Assembly: GCA_964349395.1 (NCBI GenBank)
Contig: CAYGGA010000001.1
Span: forward strand, 65,991 to 129,990
Reading direction: 5' to 3'
Origin: an uncultured Gammaproteobacteria bacterium
Lineage (GTDB): Bacteria; Patescibacteriota; Microgenomatia; Woykebacterales; RBG-16-39-9b
DNA length: 64,000 nt
This document shows positions 44,538 through 53,571 of the stretch, one piece after another (position 1 is the first letter of the stretch; each line of letters opens with the position of its first letter). Under the pieces are notes generated by a model that ran no database searches, had not been told where the DNA came from, and saw only the letters and a program-made list of their open reading frames with translations. The position numbers and the translations under genes are program-made.

Positions 44538-45248
44538 TTAGGTGGGGTTGATTGCCGAGGCAACCAAACGGTAACCAATACCTTCGTGCGTGACGATAAT
44601 CTGCCTTGCGGAATCATCCAATTTTTGACGTAGTCTACCTATCCATTGACGAAGGTAGGCCAAATCATCGCGGTACTCTGGCCCCCAAATTTTGGTCACA
44701 ATCTCCACATTTGAAAGCAACCTACCAGCATTCCTAACCAGATATTCCAATACTTTGGTCTCAGTCGGAGTTAGGCGAATCATTTTTCCAGCTTTCGTCA
44801 AGGTGTGCGTCCGCTGGTCAAAAATAAAATTGCCTAGACTAAAGGAGCGGAGTTGGTAAGCACCTCTGGCCCGACGCAAGACTGCTCTCACCCGAGCCAA
44901 AACCTCGTCTATATCGAAAGGCTTGGTGATGTAGTTATCTGCACCTTCGTCCAGCGTGGCGCAGATTACACTTGGGGTGGCATTCGCTGTGACGATGATG
45001 AAAGGCACATTACCGAGCCGCCTTACTGATTCCATCAGGTCCATCCCACTGCCCCTAGGAAACTTGAGCTCAGATAGTATCAGATCAGGTTGCCGCTCCA
45101 TGGCTATCTGTGAGGCTTCTTCCTGATTGGATGACGTGATGACCCGGAAACCTCGATTCTTTAACTCCATTCTCAGCCAGCGCACAATGACTTCGTCAGG
45201 ATCCACGACCAAGATAGTAGGTTCTAGTTGCATTTTGATCTCTCCCAA
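44538..45248 (-). CDS. OmpR-family response regulator (receiver + winged-helix DNA-binding)
   Basis: 236 aa. Receiver Asp pocket. C-terminal LTPTETKVLEYLVRNAGRLLSNVEI... trans_reg_C signature. Confidence 0.85.
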   Translation of the reverse strand: MGEIKMQLEPTILVVDPDEVIVRWLRMELKNRGFRVITSSNQEEASQIAMERQPDLILSELKFPRGSGMDLMESVRRLGNVPFIIVTANATPSVICATLDEGADNYITKPFDIDEVLARVRAVLRRARGAYQLRSFSLGNFIFDQRTHTLTKAGKMIRLTPTETKVLEYLVRNAGRLLSNVEIVTKIWGPEYRDDLAYLRQWIGRLRQKLDDSARQIIVTHEGIGYRLVASAINPT

Positions 45249-45342
45249 GTTTTGTCGACAGAGTATAAAGTTAATTTGAATTTAAATCAAGGAGACTTGA
45301 AAAACCCGCTCAGTATTTGAACCAAGCGGGTTGATCGGAGGT

Positions 45343-45732
45343 CTATTTTAGTCTTCTCAACTCGCCGCGTCTTTTGACTATATTTTTGTAGTCCCACTGA
45401 ATATCCCTAGATTTCTTCAGCCATCTATGTAAAGCAGCTGTTTTTACTTGATCAACAGTAGTGTACCTAGCCTCTGCTGCCTTGAAAGACCTCTCCTGTT
45501 GTAAATCAGGTTCATTAAAACTCTGGCCACTCCAAAAAAGCAGTCTGACATAATCTTTAAGCTTAGAATAGCCCACAATGGGGTTACCTTCTAGAAACCA
45601 AACTGGATGCCCGTGCCAAAGCTTACTCTCTGCTTCGGGTAGTCCTTTATCAATCTCAGAGCTCAAAAGTTCACAAACTTCTTTGTCTATTGGGGCTTGG
45701 GAATTGCGGTAGGTTTGAATAGATTTGTTCAT
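45343..45732 (-). CDS. DUF1801 (YdhG-like) protein
   Basis: 129 aa. Family-level resemblance only. Confidence 0.4.
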   Translation of the reverse strand: MNKSIQTYRNSQAPIDKEVCELLSSEIDKGLPEAESKLWHGHPVWFLEGNPIVGYSKLKDYVRLLFWSGQSFNEPDLQQERSFKAAEARYTTVDQVKTAALHRWLKKSRDIQWDYKNIVKRRGELRRLK

Positions 45733-45817
45733 AATCCCAAATAAAAAACCAGGTTTGAAGTTTGCACTTCGCCCCTGGTCATGACTCCTAGTTCACATAC
45801 CAACTCCTGACAATCCA

Positions 45818-46099
45818 CTACACCTGGCAGTGAGCACATTGGGCCACATGGATTTCGATGCGCTTCACTACCGCGGGCAGACAATCCTGTGTCAGATCTA
45901 TCACCCTAGCAAACACGCAATCACCTGACTCCATGTGACTAAAGAATTCTACCTCAGAAGCGCAAACCACACAATGTGCATAATGATGTGCTTCCTGGGA
46001 AGTACCCGAAACTTTTCCACCTTCCCTAAAGGAGTGCACCAAGACACCAATTGCCTGGTAGTGAGCTTCGGCTGACCCGTCCCACGTGTAAACTGTCAC
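45818..46099 (-). CDS. Cys/His-rich putative zinc-binding protein
   Basis: 93 aa. HYAHCVVCASE ... AQCAHCQV motifs. Confidence 0.4.
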   Translation of the reverse strand: MTVYTWDGSAEAHYQAIGVLVHSFREGGKVSGTSQEAHHYAHCVVCASEVEFFSHMESGDCVFARVIDLTQDCLPAVVKRIEIHVAQCAHCQV

Positions 46100-46218
46100 T
46101 TTCTCCCTCCAAGTGTAGACATTTTACTAAACTATTTCCCCAAAGTCAATACTATGGGTCCATGAGATGGTTGGGTAGACAAAGTCCGAACCTTCTACCA
46201 AAGTTTATAGGCCCTAAA

Positions 46219-46776
46219 TTATGGTTTTATAAAAGTTGATGCTGAGACTACTAAAAAGATGCCAATGGCATTTAAAATAAAGGAAACAAGCAGGAATTTA
46301 TAAGTCTTCATTTGGGAAATACCCATCAAACTCACCCCAACTTCATCAGGAAATGGTGAAGCAATGATAATCGCACCGATAACTGGTAGTGTCCAACTAA
46401 AATATCTGGAATGCAAGGCCTTAGTTAAGTGGTTGCCACCTAACCTTTCATAAATGGGTGTTATCTCCTCCAAAAGATTGTCTTTCAGGAACTTAAAAAT
46501 TATTAGGTCACCTATAACAGCACCCAAACCTGCAACAATACCAAGTTCTATGGCTGACAATCTTTCAGCTAGAATTAGTAATATTATTGCCCCTGTGGTT
46601 ACAGTAAATGTAGAGACAAACAACATACCGGCAAGAAATGCGCCCAGATAACCTAAATCTCCCAGGTTTAAAAGAAACGAGTGGAATGTTTCATAACCAG
46701 ACAACACTAGAGCTGCCATAATACCAACTGTAAGAAAGAGGAGATTTTTATATTTCCAAATTCGCCAGTATTTCAT
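46219..46776 (-). CDS. YqaA/DedA-like integral membrane protein
   Basis: 185 aa, about 5 TM. Gly-rich TM cores. Confidence 0.5.
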   Translation of the reverse strand: MKYWRIWKYKNLLFLTVGIMAALVLSGYETFHSFLLNLGDLGYLGAFLAGMLFVSTFTVTTGAIILLILAERLSAIELGIVAGLGAVIGDLIIFKFLKDNLLEEITPIYERLGGNHLTKALHSRYFSWTLPVIGAIIIASPFPDEVGVSLMGISQMKTYKFLLVSFILNAIGIFLVVSASTFIKP

Positions 46777-46863
46777 ACAATCATCATACCAGAGGTTCAG
46801 TTAACTTATTAGGGGAATTAAAAATTGAGGCTAAACTAATATAATGGTATAATTAAAAGGATT

Positions 46864-46940
46864 GCGCCCATAGCTCAGCGGATTAGAGTACTTGGCTTCG
46901 AACCAAGGGGTCGGGGGTTCGAATCCCTCTGGGCGCGCCA
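46864..46940 (+). tRNA. tRNA-Arg(TCG)
   Basis: 77 nt. Acceptor GCGCCCA/TGGGCGC. Anticodon stem CTTGG/CCAAG. Loop CTTCGAA. T-loop GGTTCGAATCC. Confidence 0.85.
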
Positions 46941-46991
46941 ATATCAACCCTGAAGCTGGCCTTCTGGGCCTAAGGATAGACTTTTACACTT

Positions 46992-47068
46992 GGTGGCTGT
47001 AGCTCAATTGGCAGAGCAGCAGATTGTGGATCTGCTGGTTGTGGGTTCAAGTCCCATCAGCCACCCCA
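46992..47068 (+). tRNA. tRNA-His(GTG) with G-1
   Basis: Extra 5' G pairs with discriminator C. Anticodon stem GCAGA/TCTGC. Loop TTGTGGA. Confidence 0.85.
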
Positions 47069-47126
47069 AGAACCTATAGTATTGACTTTTTCCCAACTTT
47101 AATTTATACTTCATTCAATCTGCACA

Positions 47127-47549
47127 TTGGAGAAACAAATGCTGTATTCCTCTTCTGAGGTTTGGGAAGATGTCCCTGGTGAATGGAGTAAGTTAATCAA
47201 GAGCAGGAAGTACCGCTTTTGGTCTGATTTAACCAATTGTGGGTATTTTGTTAGCCGAGAGACCGTGCGGCATCCATGGCACCAGTTTGCTGCTGAAGCC
47301 TATGGTGAAGAGGTTGTTCGCTTTGGCGATGGGCTTCTTCAAGTAAATGGAGTTGAGGATATTGCCGTCGACCCCAACTTACTGGAAGTTCATCACGGAG
47401 AAGCTATCGACTGGGATGTCTTTGAAGATAAGCTTCTAGAATTGTTAGCAAGTGTCTATGGCCTTGCTAATCCAAAGATCATTCGCCACGAGGAGCAATG
47501 GCAAAGAGTCAAGCCCTATATTCCTTGGGCCCGCGACACCGACCTCTAA
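47127..47549 (+). CDS. hypothetical protein
   Basis: 140 aa. No recognisable motif. Followed by repeat copy 1. Confidence 0.45.
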   Translation: MEKQMLYSSSEVWEDVPGEWSKLIKSRKYRFWSDLTNCGYFVSRETVRHPWHQFAAEAYGEEVVRFGDGLLQVNGVEDIAVDPNLLEVHHGEAIDWDVFEDKLLELLASVYGLANPKIIRHEEQWQRVKPYIPWARDTDL

Positions 47550-47608
47550 AATCGGGCCGTTAACGCAGAAATGTACGACGGCCTTAATTATTTTCGCTAA
47601 CATAAAAA

Positions 47609-47692
47609 ATTCGAACTCTGTCTACCCAGCCACCCCACGGTTTTTAGGCACAAATTTACATACCCCTGATAAGACAATTGAACCTTTTAGGT
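47609..47692. repeat. ~85-bp intergenic repeat with terminal inverted repeats, copy 1
   Basis: TTCGAACtcTGTCTACCCAGCCACCCCACGGTTTTTAGGCACAAATTTACATACCCCTGATAAGACAATTGAACCTTTTAGG. Near-identical to copy 4. Confidence 0.8.
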
Positions 47693-47773
47693 ATAAAGAA
47701 ACCCCAGACAGTGCATTGCTGCAAAGCTGGGGTATAGTCTCGAAGTTGGCTAAAATGGGTGGCTATTCGGGGG

Positions 47774-48199
47774 TTATCCTTCTTGTGCCCTTTCTTGTGC
47801 CACCTCAAAGTTTATATTTGGGGTGAGTTTACCTGACCGCAGCTTGAGATACATCTCCCGGATGCTTACCATGCTTTGTCCACGAATCCGCAAGACGTAG
47901 TGGTCACCCTGTTCATCAAGATCACCTTCGGTGTCCCCAACTCTGTAGATCCCACAAATTCGTTTGGGTCGGAGGGGGAACCACTCGTAGAAAGAGATTT
48001 CATCAAGGTAATCCTTGATAATCTCGGGAACTGGCTCGGTCAGCTCATGAAGATAAACGTGCCATCTGCCTTTATCCCTAAAGAGAGTGAGCTCAGGAAG
48101 GGAGTACACTGTCCATTCCTGACCCCTATCTTTCATGACTCGTTCTTTGTATCCCGAGATACTCTCCACGCCTTCTTTGAGATAAACAGTTATCGACAC
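47774..48199 (-). CDS. hypothetical protein (cassette gene)
   Basis: 141 aa. Flanked by repeat copies 1 and 2. Confidence 0.45.
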   Translation of the reverse strand: MSITVYLKEGVESISGYKERVMKDRGQEWTVYSLPELTLFRDKGRWHVYLHELTEPVPEIIKDYLDEISFYEWFPLRPKRICGIYRVGDTEGDLDEQGDHYVLRIRGQSMVSIREMYLKLRSGKLTPNINFEVAQERAQEG

Positions 48200-48274
48200 T
48201 CTACTTCTCCTGTTTTTGGTAGAAACATTTTACCACATAGAACGAGCGAAGTCAATTGTTATAGGATATAGAAA

Positions 48275-48356
48275 GTTCGTACTTTGTCTACCCAGCCACC
48301 CCAAGCTTTTTAGGCACAAATTTAGATACCCCTGATAAGACAATTGAACCTTTAGC
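48275..48356. repeat. ~85-bp repeat, copy 2
   Basis: GTTCGtACTTTGTCTACCCAGCCACCCCAaGcTTTTTAGGCACAAATTTAgATACCCCTGATAAGACAATTGAACCTTTAG. About 93% identical to copies 1 and 4. Confidence 0.8.
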
Positions 48357-48399
48357 CAAAGAAAAACCACTGTAACACTATTGATACAGTGGTTTGCTC

Positions 48400-48732
48400 T
48401 CAATCCTCCATCATCCCAAAGACCCGCAGTAGAATCCCCTCCTCGCCTTGGTGTCTGCCCAAAAGTTTCATTGGGGCCTTTCCAGGGTGCTTCCAGGCGA
48501 GCGGGTCGAGGTGTTTACCATCCCCAACGGCAATAACTTGAGCATCGTCTACTACAAGCTCTCTGGCCCGCCTTTCATCTTCGGCAGCAACCAGATAGGT
48601 CAGGACGCCTTCCGCTGGGAAGTCATCAGGATCATAGTTCAGGTCTTCCTATTCCTTTCCAAAGAGTGCATTTACACCGCCAATAATGGCTGCGTAGTCA
48701 CCCGCGGCAGTCAGGCAATAAACTTTCACCAC
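48400..48732 (-). pseudogene. DUF2007-like small protein gene interrupted by an in-frame TAG
   Basis: Manual translation: GTG start, 27 codons, TAG at 48649-48651, then 84 more codons in the same frame (..LVAAEDERRARELV..). Not in the M-start ORF track. Confidence 0.35.
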
Positions 48733-48837
48733 ACCCTACCTCATTGTTTTTTCTTGCTGTATTATACTATTTAATGGGTAACTTACAAGGAAATATGGGA
48801 GTAACTGCTCTACATTTGGCTTAGAGCCTGGATTATT

Positions 48838-48915
48838 GGTTCGAAGTCAGCCTTCTTAAGGACCCCAGCCTTTTTAGGCACGAATTTTAATATCACTGAT
48901 GAGAGGATTGAACCT
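48838..48915. repeat. ~85-bp repeat, copy 3 (diverged)
   Basis: GGTTCGAAgtcag...CTTTTTAGGCACgAATTTtaATAtCaCTGATgAGAggATTGAACCT. Shares end motifs and the TTTTTAGGCAC core. Confidence 0.6.
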
Positions 48916-49690
48916 ATTTTTGTGCCACGATAACTAATCGATGTCTTTTTAACTCTATTCCTTTGTCCGATTCATGTTCCTGCGAGTATCTTTCTAACAA
49001 ATCTTTATCCTTTCCGGTGTCGTAATCTTCAAAAATGGGCACACCTTGTAAAAAGGCATCCAGGTCTTTCTGTGCTAGGTAGTACTCTGAATAGTAAAAA
49101 TCTTTAATCAAAATGATCTTGAAACCAATCTTTTCTAATTCGTATTTGTCTTTTTCAAGTCGAGACTTGTTCCAATTTCCGTAGTCCTGGCCACGCTCAA
49201 AATTCTTCTTTAGCTCAACAGCATCTTTTTCCCCAATCCCAATTTCTAAATAGTAGCCATCAGTGTTCAACAAACGGAAGTATTCTTGGTAAAAACTTGG
49301 CCCACGGCGGTTAAAGATAATATCAAAGCTAGAGTCTTCAAACGGGGTTTTCTCGGCATCACCCAATATAAAAGAAACACTAGTGATATTAAGTTCCTTA
49401 AGCTTTTGATTAGCGACCTTCAAAAGTTCGGCTGAGGAATCAAGTCCGACGATCTTATTAAAATGGTCAGCAACGGAAAAAGCAAACTTACCATCTCCGC
49501 AACCAACGTCAAGAGCAACCCTTTTATCACTGCTCAGCTCCAAGAGCCTAGACTTAAAAATTTCTTCGGGAACACCGTTTTGGTAAACTGAAGAGTATTT
49601 TGGGTCATTAGTTCCATAGGCGTAACCACCAAACTTCTTGGCTACTTTATCATAAAATTCTTTCCCACCAGTTGAGCTGCTCATGAACAA
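48914..49690 (-). CDS. class I SAM-dependent methyltransferase
   Basis: 258 aa. Motif I LDVGCGDGKF. Acidic motif II. Confidence 0.75.
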   Translation of the reverse strand: MFMSSSTGGKEFYDKVAKKFGGYAYGTNDPKYSSVYQNGVPEEIFKSRLLELSSDKRVALDVGCGDGKFAFSVADHFNKIVGLDSSAELLKVANQKLKELNITSVSFILGDAEKTPFEDSSFDIIFNRRGPSFYQEYFRLLNTDGYYLEIGIGEKDAVELKKNFERGQDYGNWNKSRLEKDKYELEKIGFKIILIKDFYYSEYYLAQKDLDAFLQGVPIFEDYDTGKDKDLLERYSQEHESDKGIELKRHRLVIVAQK

Positions 49691-49713
49691 AGTATATCAG
49701 AGAGTAAGGAAAT

Positions 49714-49799
49714 AGGTTCGAACTTTGTCTACCCAGCCACCCCACGGTTTTTAGGCACAAATTTACATACCCCTGATAAGACAATTGAACCTTTTAGGC
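49714..49799. repeat. ~85-bp repeat, copy 4
   Basis: AGGTTCGAACTTTGTCTACCCAGCCACCCCACGGTTTTTAGGCACAAATTTACATACCCCTGATAAGACAATTGAACCTTTTAGGC. Confidence 0.8.
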
Positions 49800-49850
49800 A
49801 TAAAAGAACCCCAACTCTGTTTTGTAAAGTTGGGGTTAACTAACAAAAAG

Positions 49851-50273
49851 TTACATTTTTTCTCCGCAGGATTTACAAATTTCGCGATGCAGATGCTTCA
49901 AGCAAGTCAGTTTACCGCATCTGGAGCATTTATGAAGACCGACTGTCCTCGACCAGTCCTCCTCAAATACAGGGGCATCCCAGGTTGAGTTTTCACCCAT
50001 GTTGTGAAATGAACCCTTTCTAACTAAAATTTTCACTGGACCACTGCTGGCAGATTCATTACACCCATTGATATGACAGGGATATCGATGGTAGTGCGCT
50101 GTCATGTCACGAGACCACTTTTCTCTCTTTGCCTTTTCTTTTTCCTGCTCTATCTCATGGTCACTTTTTCCTTGATGTGATGCTGATCTACGCGCTTCTT
50201 CTTGCATCAACCTATCCTGTATTCTCTTCTTCCAATCTTCCATTGGAGTCCTCCAAGGAATTTTGGAAATCAT
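49851..50273 (-). CDS. Cys-rich (zinc-ribbon-like) hypothetical protein with charged N-terminal coiled coil
   Basis: 140 aa. C-terminal CHINGC ... CSRCGKLTC ... CKSCG clusters. Confidence 0.45.
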   Translation of the reverse strand: MISKIPWRTPMEDWKKRIQDRLMQEEARRSASHQGKSDHEIEQEKEKAKREKWSRDMTAHYHRYPCHINGCNESASSGPVKILVRKGSFHNMGENSTWDAPVFEEDWSRTVGLHKCSRCGKLTCLKHLHREICKSCGEKM

Positions 50274-50336
50274 AGCCTAAATGAAGCTAGTTGTCAAGTA
50301 CTACAGGTTTATGTTGAACAAGTTAAGTGAGAAAAT

Positions 50337-50441
50337 AGGTTCGAACTTTGTCTACCCAGCCACCCCAGTATAGACGTAACCCTACACGAAACCTAAGCTA
50401 AAATTGTGAACCACCCCAAGGTTTTGCCTTGATTGAACTAT
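50337..50441. repeat. ~85-bp repeat, copy 5 (left half intact, right half replaced or diverged)
   Basis: AGGTTCGAACTTTGTCTACCCAGCCACCCCA then unrelated sequence. A GATTGAAC end-like motif appears at about 50431. Confidence 0.55.
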
Positions 50442-50626
50442 TCTGGACCTTTTCCAAACTCAGTCTCTGATTGGGACAATTGGGAAAGCAATGTAGAAGT
50501 GAGAACAAAAAGGTGAACTGACAGGCTATTCTCAATTGGGCCTGAATGTAATAGAATAGGGACCACATCAACCTGCCCATAAAGGTAGGTAATATTTTAA
50601 CCCTAAAAAATGAAAATATCTTAATT

Positions 50627-51292
50627 TTGGCTCCCCATCCAGACGATGAAGTCTTGGGATGTGGTGGGTTGATTTCCAAACTACAGTCCCAGGGGTGCAA
50701 AATTTATGTACTTTATTTTAGTTTAGGAGCCTTGCGTGAATTTTCACCACTGTCCTCAGTGGGACTTGCCACCCGACTGGCTGAACTAGAAAAATGTGCT
50801 AAATTTCTGAAATACTCTGATTATCACCTAGCTTTTCCACCGCAAAAATCACTGTATCTAGACCCAGTCGGAATGCGTGAGGTGATCCATGCGATAAGTG
50901 ACAATGAATCTGGGGTGAGTTTGGCTAAGCTAAAACCTGGTTTGGTCCTGTTACCTTCTCCTCATGCTTCTCATCAAGACCATCGGTTGGTGGCTCAGGC
51001 AGCCATAAGTGCCTTGAAGCCTCAAAAAGGCCCCGTGCCAATAGTTTTAGTTTATGAAGAGAGCACTGATCAATGGACTGAAGGTAATCCTATAAAGCCA
51101 GATTTTTTCATAACTTTAACCGAGGCGCAATTGCGAGCAAAGGTCACCGCCCTGGGAATTTACAAGAGTCAGTTGCAAACTAAAGGCCAAGGTAGAAATA
51201 CTCAGACAGTGACAGCTTTGGCTAGATTGAGGGGCAGTCTGATTGGGACCAATCTAGCCGAAGCCTATCAAACTTTGCGAGTAATTATATGA
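50627..51292 (+). CDS. PIG-L/LmbE-family N-acetylglucosaminyl deacetylase
   Basis: 221 aa. APHPDDEVLGCGG signature. Confidence 0.8.
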   Translation: MAPHPDDEVLGCGGLISKLQSQGCKIYVLYFSLGALREFSPLSSVGLATRLAELEKCAKFLKYSDYHLAFPPQKSLYLDPVGMREVIHAISDNESGVSLAKLKPGLVLLPSPHASHQDHRLVAQAAISALKPQKGPVPIVLVYEESTDQWTEGNPIKPDFFITLTEAQLRAKVTALGIYKSQLQTKGQGRNTQTVTALARLRGSLIGTNLAEAYQTLRVII

Positions 51293-52509
51293 AGTGGGGC
51301 TTTCCAATTGGACTCAGTGTCACTTTTTGGACCTTTGTGGGGTTTATCAGGTCCCTAACTGACCGCTACGATACCAAAGTGCTAGCGGCCTCCAAGGACC
51401 AGCTTCGCCAAGTCGCAGTCTGTCTACCGGCTCACAATGAAGCTCGAGTCATCCGAGGGACCATCAGGAGACTTACGAGACTGGTACATGTCGACCAAAT
51501 TTATGTTGTGTCCGATGGGTCCACTGATCATACTGCTTATCTGGCTGCCAAAACCCGGGTTACTGTATTTGAGCTCAAAAAAAGCCTTGGCAAAGCTTCA
51601 GCACTCGTAATGTTGTTTCGCAAATACAATTTGTTGACCCGCTACAAATATTTATTGATTGTTGATGCTGATACTTTAATCGACAAAAACTACCTAAAAT
51701 ATAGTCTCCCGTTGTTTGAAAACCCTAAAATAGTTGCTGTCGCCGCGCATGCCAGTTCACTCTGGCCAAAGAAATTTGGGGTGGTTAAATTCCTGATCAG
51801 CTCGTATAGGTCCAGACTGTATTTCATCTTGCAGATTATGATGATGTACGGCCTAACATCATCTCTAAACGCGCAACCAGTAATCCCGGGATTTGCCTCT
51901 CTCTATCCTACCAAAGTTCTTAAAAAGCTTAAGCTAAACACTCCTGGTTTGGCGATTGAGGATTTTAATATGGCTTTTCAGGTCCATAAAAAGAAGCTTG
52001 GCAGAATCATTTACTACCCTTTTATTAGAGCTTCCGCTATTGACCCAATTACCTTTGAGGATTACATCAGTCAAGTCAGTCGGTGGAATCTTGGGTTTTT
52101 TCAAACCATTAAACACTTCAAGGTCTGGCCCTCATATTTCTGGCTATTTCTGGCTGTCTTTAGCATTGAAATGATTCTGACATCCATTCTAGTGGCGTAT
52201 AGTTTTTCCTTCGTGCTCGTGGTAGGCGGATACAACTTTGCACTTTTCATGGCTTTCTTTCCACAGCAAATTTCCTACTATTTGCCGGATGTGTTTTTGT
52301 TTAATGTAGAGATTCTAATTGGGTTTATAGTGTTGGATTATATATTTACAGTTTTTGCAGCCGCGATGATCAGAAAACCCTGGCTTTTAGTCTTTGGGTG
52401 GCTGTTCTTTATCATGAGATTTTTGGATTCCATGGTCCTCCTGGCAGCTATTCCCAAAGGATTCTTAACTTTATCGAGCGGAAGATGGGTGAGCCCTGGT
52501 CGGCGTTAG
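51289..52509 (+). CDS. family 2 glycosyltransferase with C-terminal multi-TM domain
   Basis: 406 aa. VVSDGSTDHT and IVDADT (DxD) motifs. Confidence 0.8.
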   Translation: MKWGFPIGLSVTFWTFVGFIRSLTDRYDTKVLAASKDQLRQVAVCLPAHNEARVIRGTIRRLTRLVHVDQIYVVSDGSTDHTAYLAAKTRVTVFELKKSLGKASALVMLFRKYNLLTRYKYLLIVDADTLIDKNYLKYSLPLFENPKIVAVAAHASSLWPKKFGVVKFLISSYRSRLYFILQIMMMYGLTSSLNAQPVIPGFASLYPTKVLKKLKLNTPGLAIEDFNMAFQVHKKKLGRIIYYPFIRASAIDPITFEDYISQVSRWNLGFFQTIKHFKVWPSYFWLFLAVFSIEMILTSILVAYSFSFVLVVGGYNFALFMAFFPQQISYYLPDVFLFNVEILIGFIVLDYIFTVFAAAMIRKPWLLVFGWLFFIMRFLDSMVLLAAIPKGFLTLSSGRWVSPGRR

Positions 52510-53571
52510 GCCGCCAAGAACGTGATAGATAGCTTCACCCTCATTACCTAGATGCCAGATACTCACTCCACCTAGATTTTTGGAATTTACCAAATCAATC
52601 TTTTTTTGAAGACTAACTTTATCCTCGTACCACACCTTGTGAATTACTTCACCCTTTTTATATGAAAAGTAAGGGTTTTGGTGAGAGTCGGTCCGAGTTT
52701 TAACACCTGTGCTCTTTATCAGTGATTCTATTTGGCCCAAGGTAAACCCGACGGATTCCCCATCGGTATAATCATACCCAAATAGCGGTAAGGCCAAAAA
52801 GATCTTGTCTTGCGGTATGAGCGTGAGAGCATAGTTAAGGATATTTTCGACCCATGGCACAGAAGCGATTGGACCAGGATTGGTGCCGGGGCTGTGCTGG
52901 TCAAAAGCCATAATCACCAGCTGATCGGTGACCTTTCCCAATCTAATCCAGTCTTGAGCTTGAGAACCATTTTGCCACTCCTTTTTGTTTTCACCCACCT
53001 TTGGGTGCAGTGAAACCTGTAGCACCTTGCCTTGTTTATGTAATTTGTCTGCTAAACTTTCGATAAAACGGCTAAATGACTCTCTTTGGTTACTATTTAG
53101 ATTCTCATAATCAATATTCACCCCGTCAAAATATTTCTCCCGAAGTAAGGTAAGAATATCCTCAATATGAGCTGTGGTCGCTTGGGGGTTACCAAGCACC
53201 CGACCCACTCGTTTTGGGTCCCAATCACCTTGTTTGTCAGGCAGGTTAGTGAGTGTGACCAGTACCTTGGTACCACTCTTTTTAAGATCATCTACGACTT
53301 TAGGATTGTCATCAGCAAACTGATAATTTGTAATTTGGCCCTGATCGTCCAAGTAATACCAAAATAGGGATACAAAATCAAATTGGCCTTGGTGATTTTT
53401 AATACTGGCAAGGCCAGCTTCTTGTTCCCAATAGGGAATATTGGCAATCTTAATTTTTTGGGTAGGTGTAGCCACACTAGGACTGGGCAGGGACTTTGTT
53501 TGCGGATTAACCATATAAAAGAATAGTCCTGACACTATTATCAAGAGCAAAACAAGGGGGAGATTCTTCAT
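52471..53571 (-). CDS. GH18-like glycoside hydrolase (chitinase-like fold), secreted or anchored
   Basis: 366 aa. N-terminal TM. FDGVNIDYENL resembles the GH18 DGxDxDWE catalytic motif. Confidence 0.6.
   Translation of the reverse strand: MKNLPLVLLLIIVSGLFFYMVNPQTKSLPSPSVATPTQKIKIANIPYWEQEAGLASIKNHQGQFDFVSLFWYYLDDQGQITNYQFADDNPKVVDDLKKSGTKVLVTLTNLPDKQGDWDPKRVGRVLGNPQATTAHIEDILTLLREKYFDGVNIDYENLNSNQRESFSRFIESLADKLHKQGKVLQVSLHPKVGENKKEWQNGSQAQDWIRLGKVTDQLVIMAFDQHSPGTNPGPIASVPWVENILNYALTLIPQDKIFLALPLFGYDYTDGESVGFTLGQIESLIKSTGVKTRTDSHQNPYFSYKKGEVIHKVWYEDKVSLQKKIDLVNSKNLGGVSIWHLGNEGEAIYHVLGGLTPTRAHPSSAR

Noticed and set aside
47609-49799. Canonical integron attC sites for the 85-bp repeats
   Set aside because: The repeat ends are GGTTCGAAC / CAATTGAACC, not the RYYYAAC / GTTRRRY cores. 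No intI-like tyrosine recombinase is present in the window. The array architecture is integron-like, but I cannot call these attC from sequence alone.
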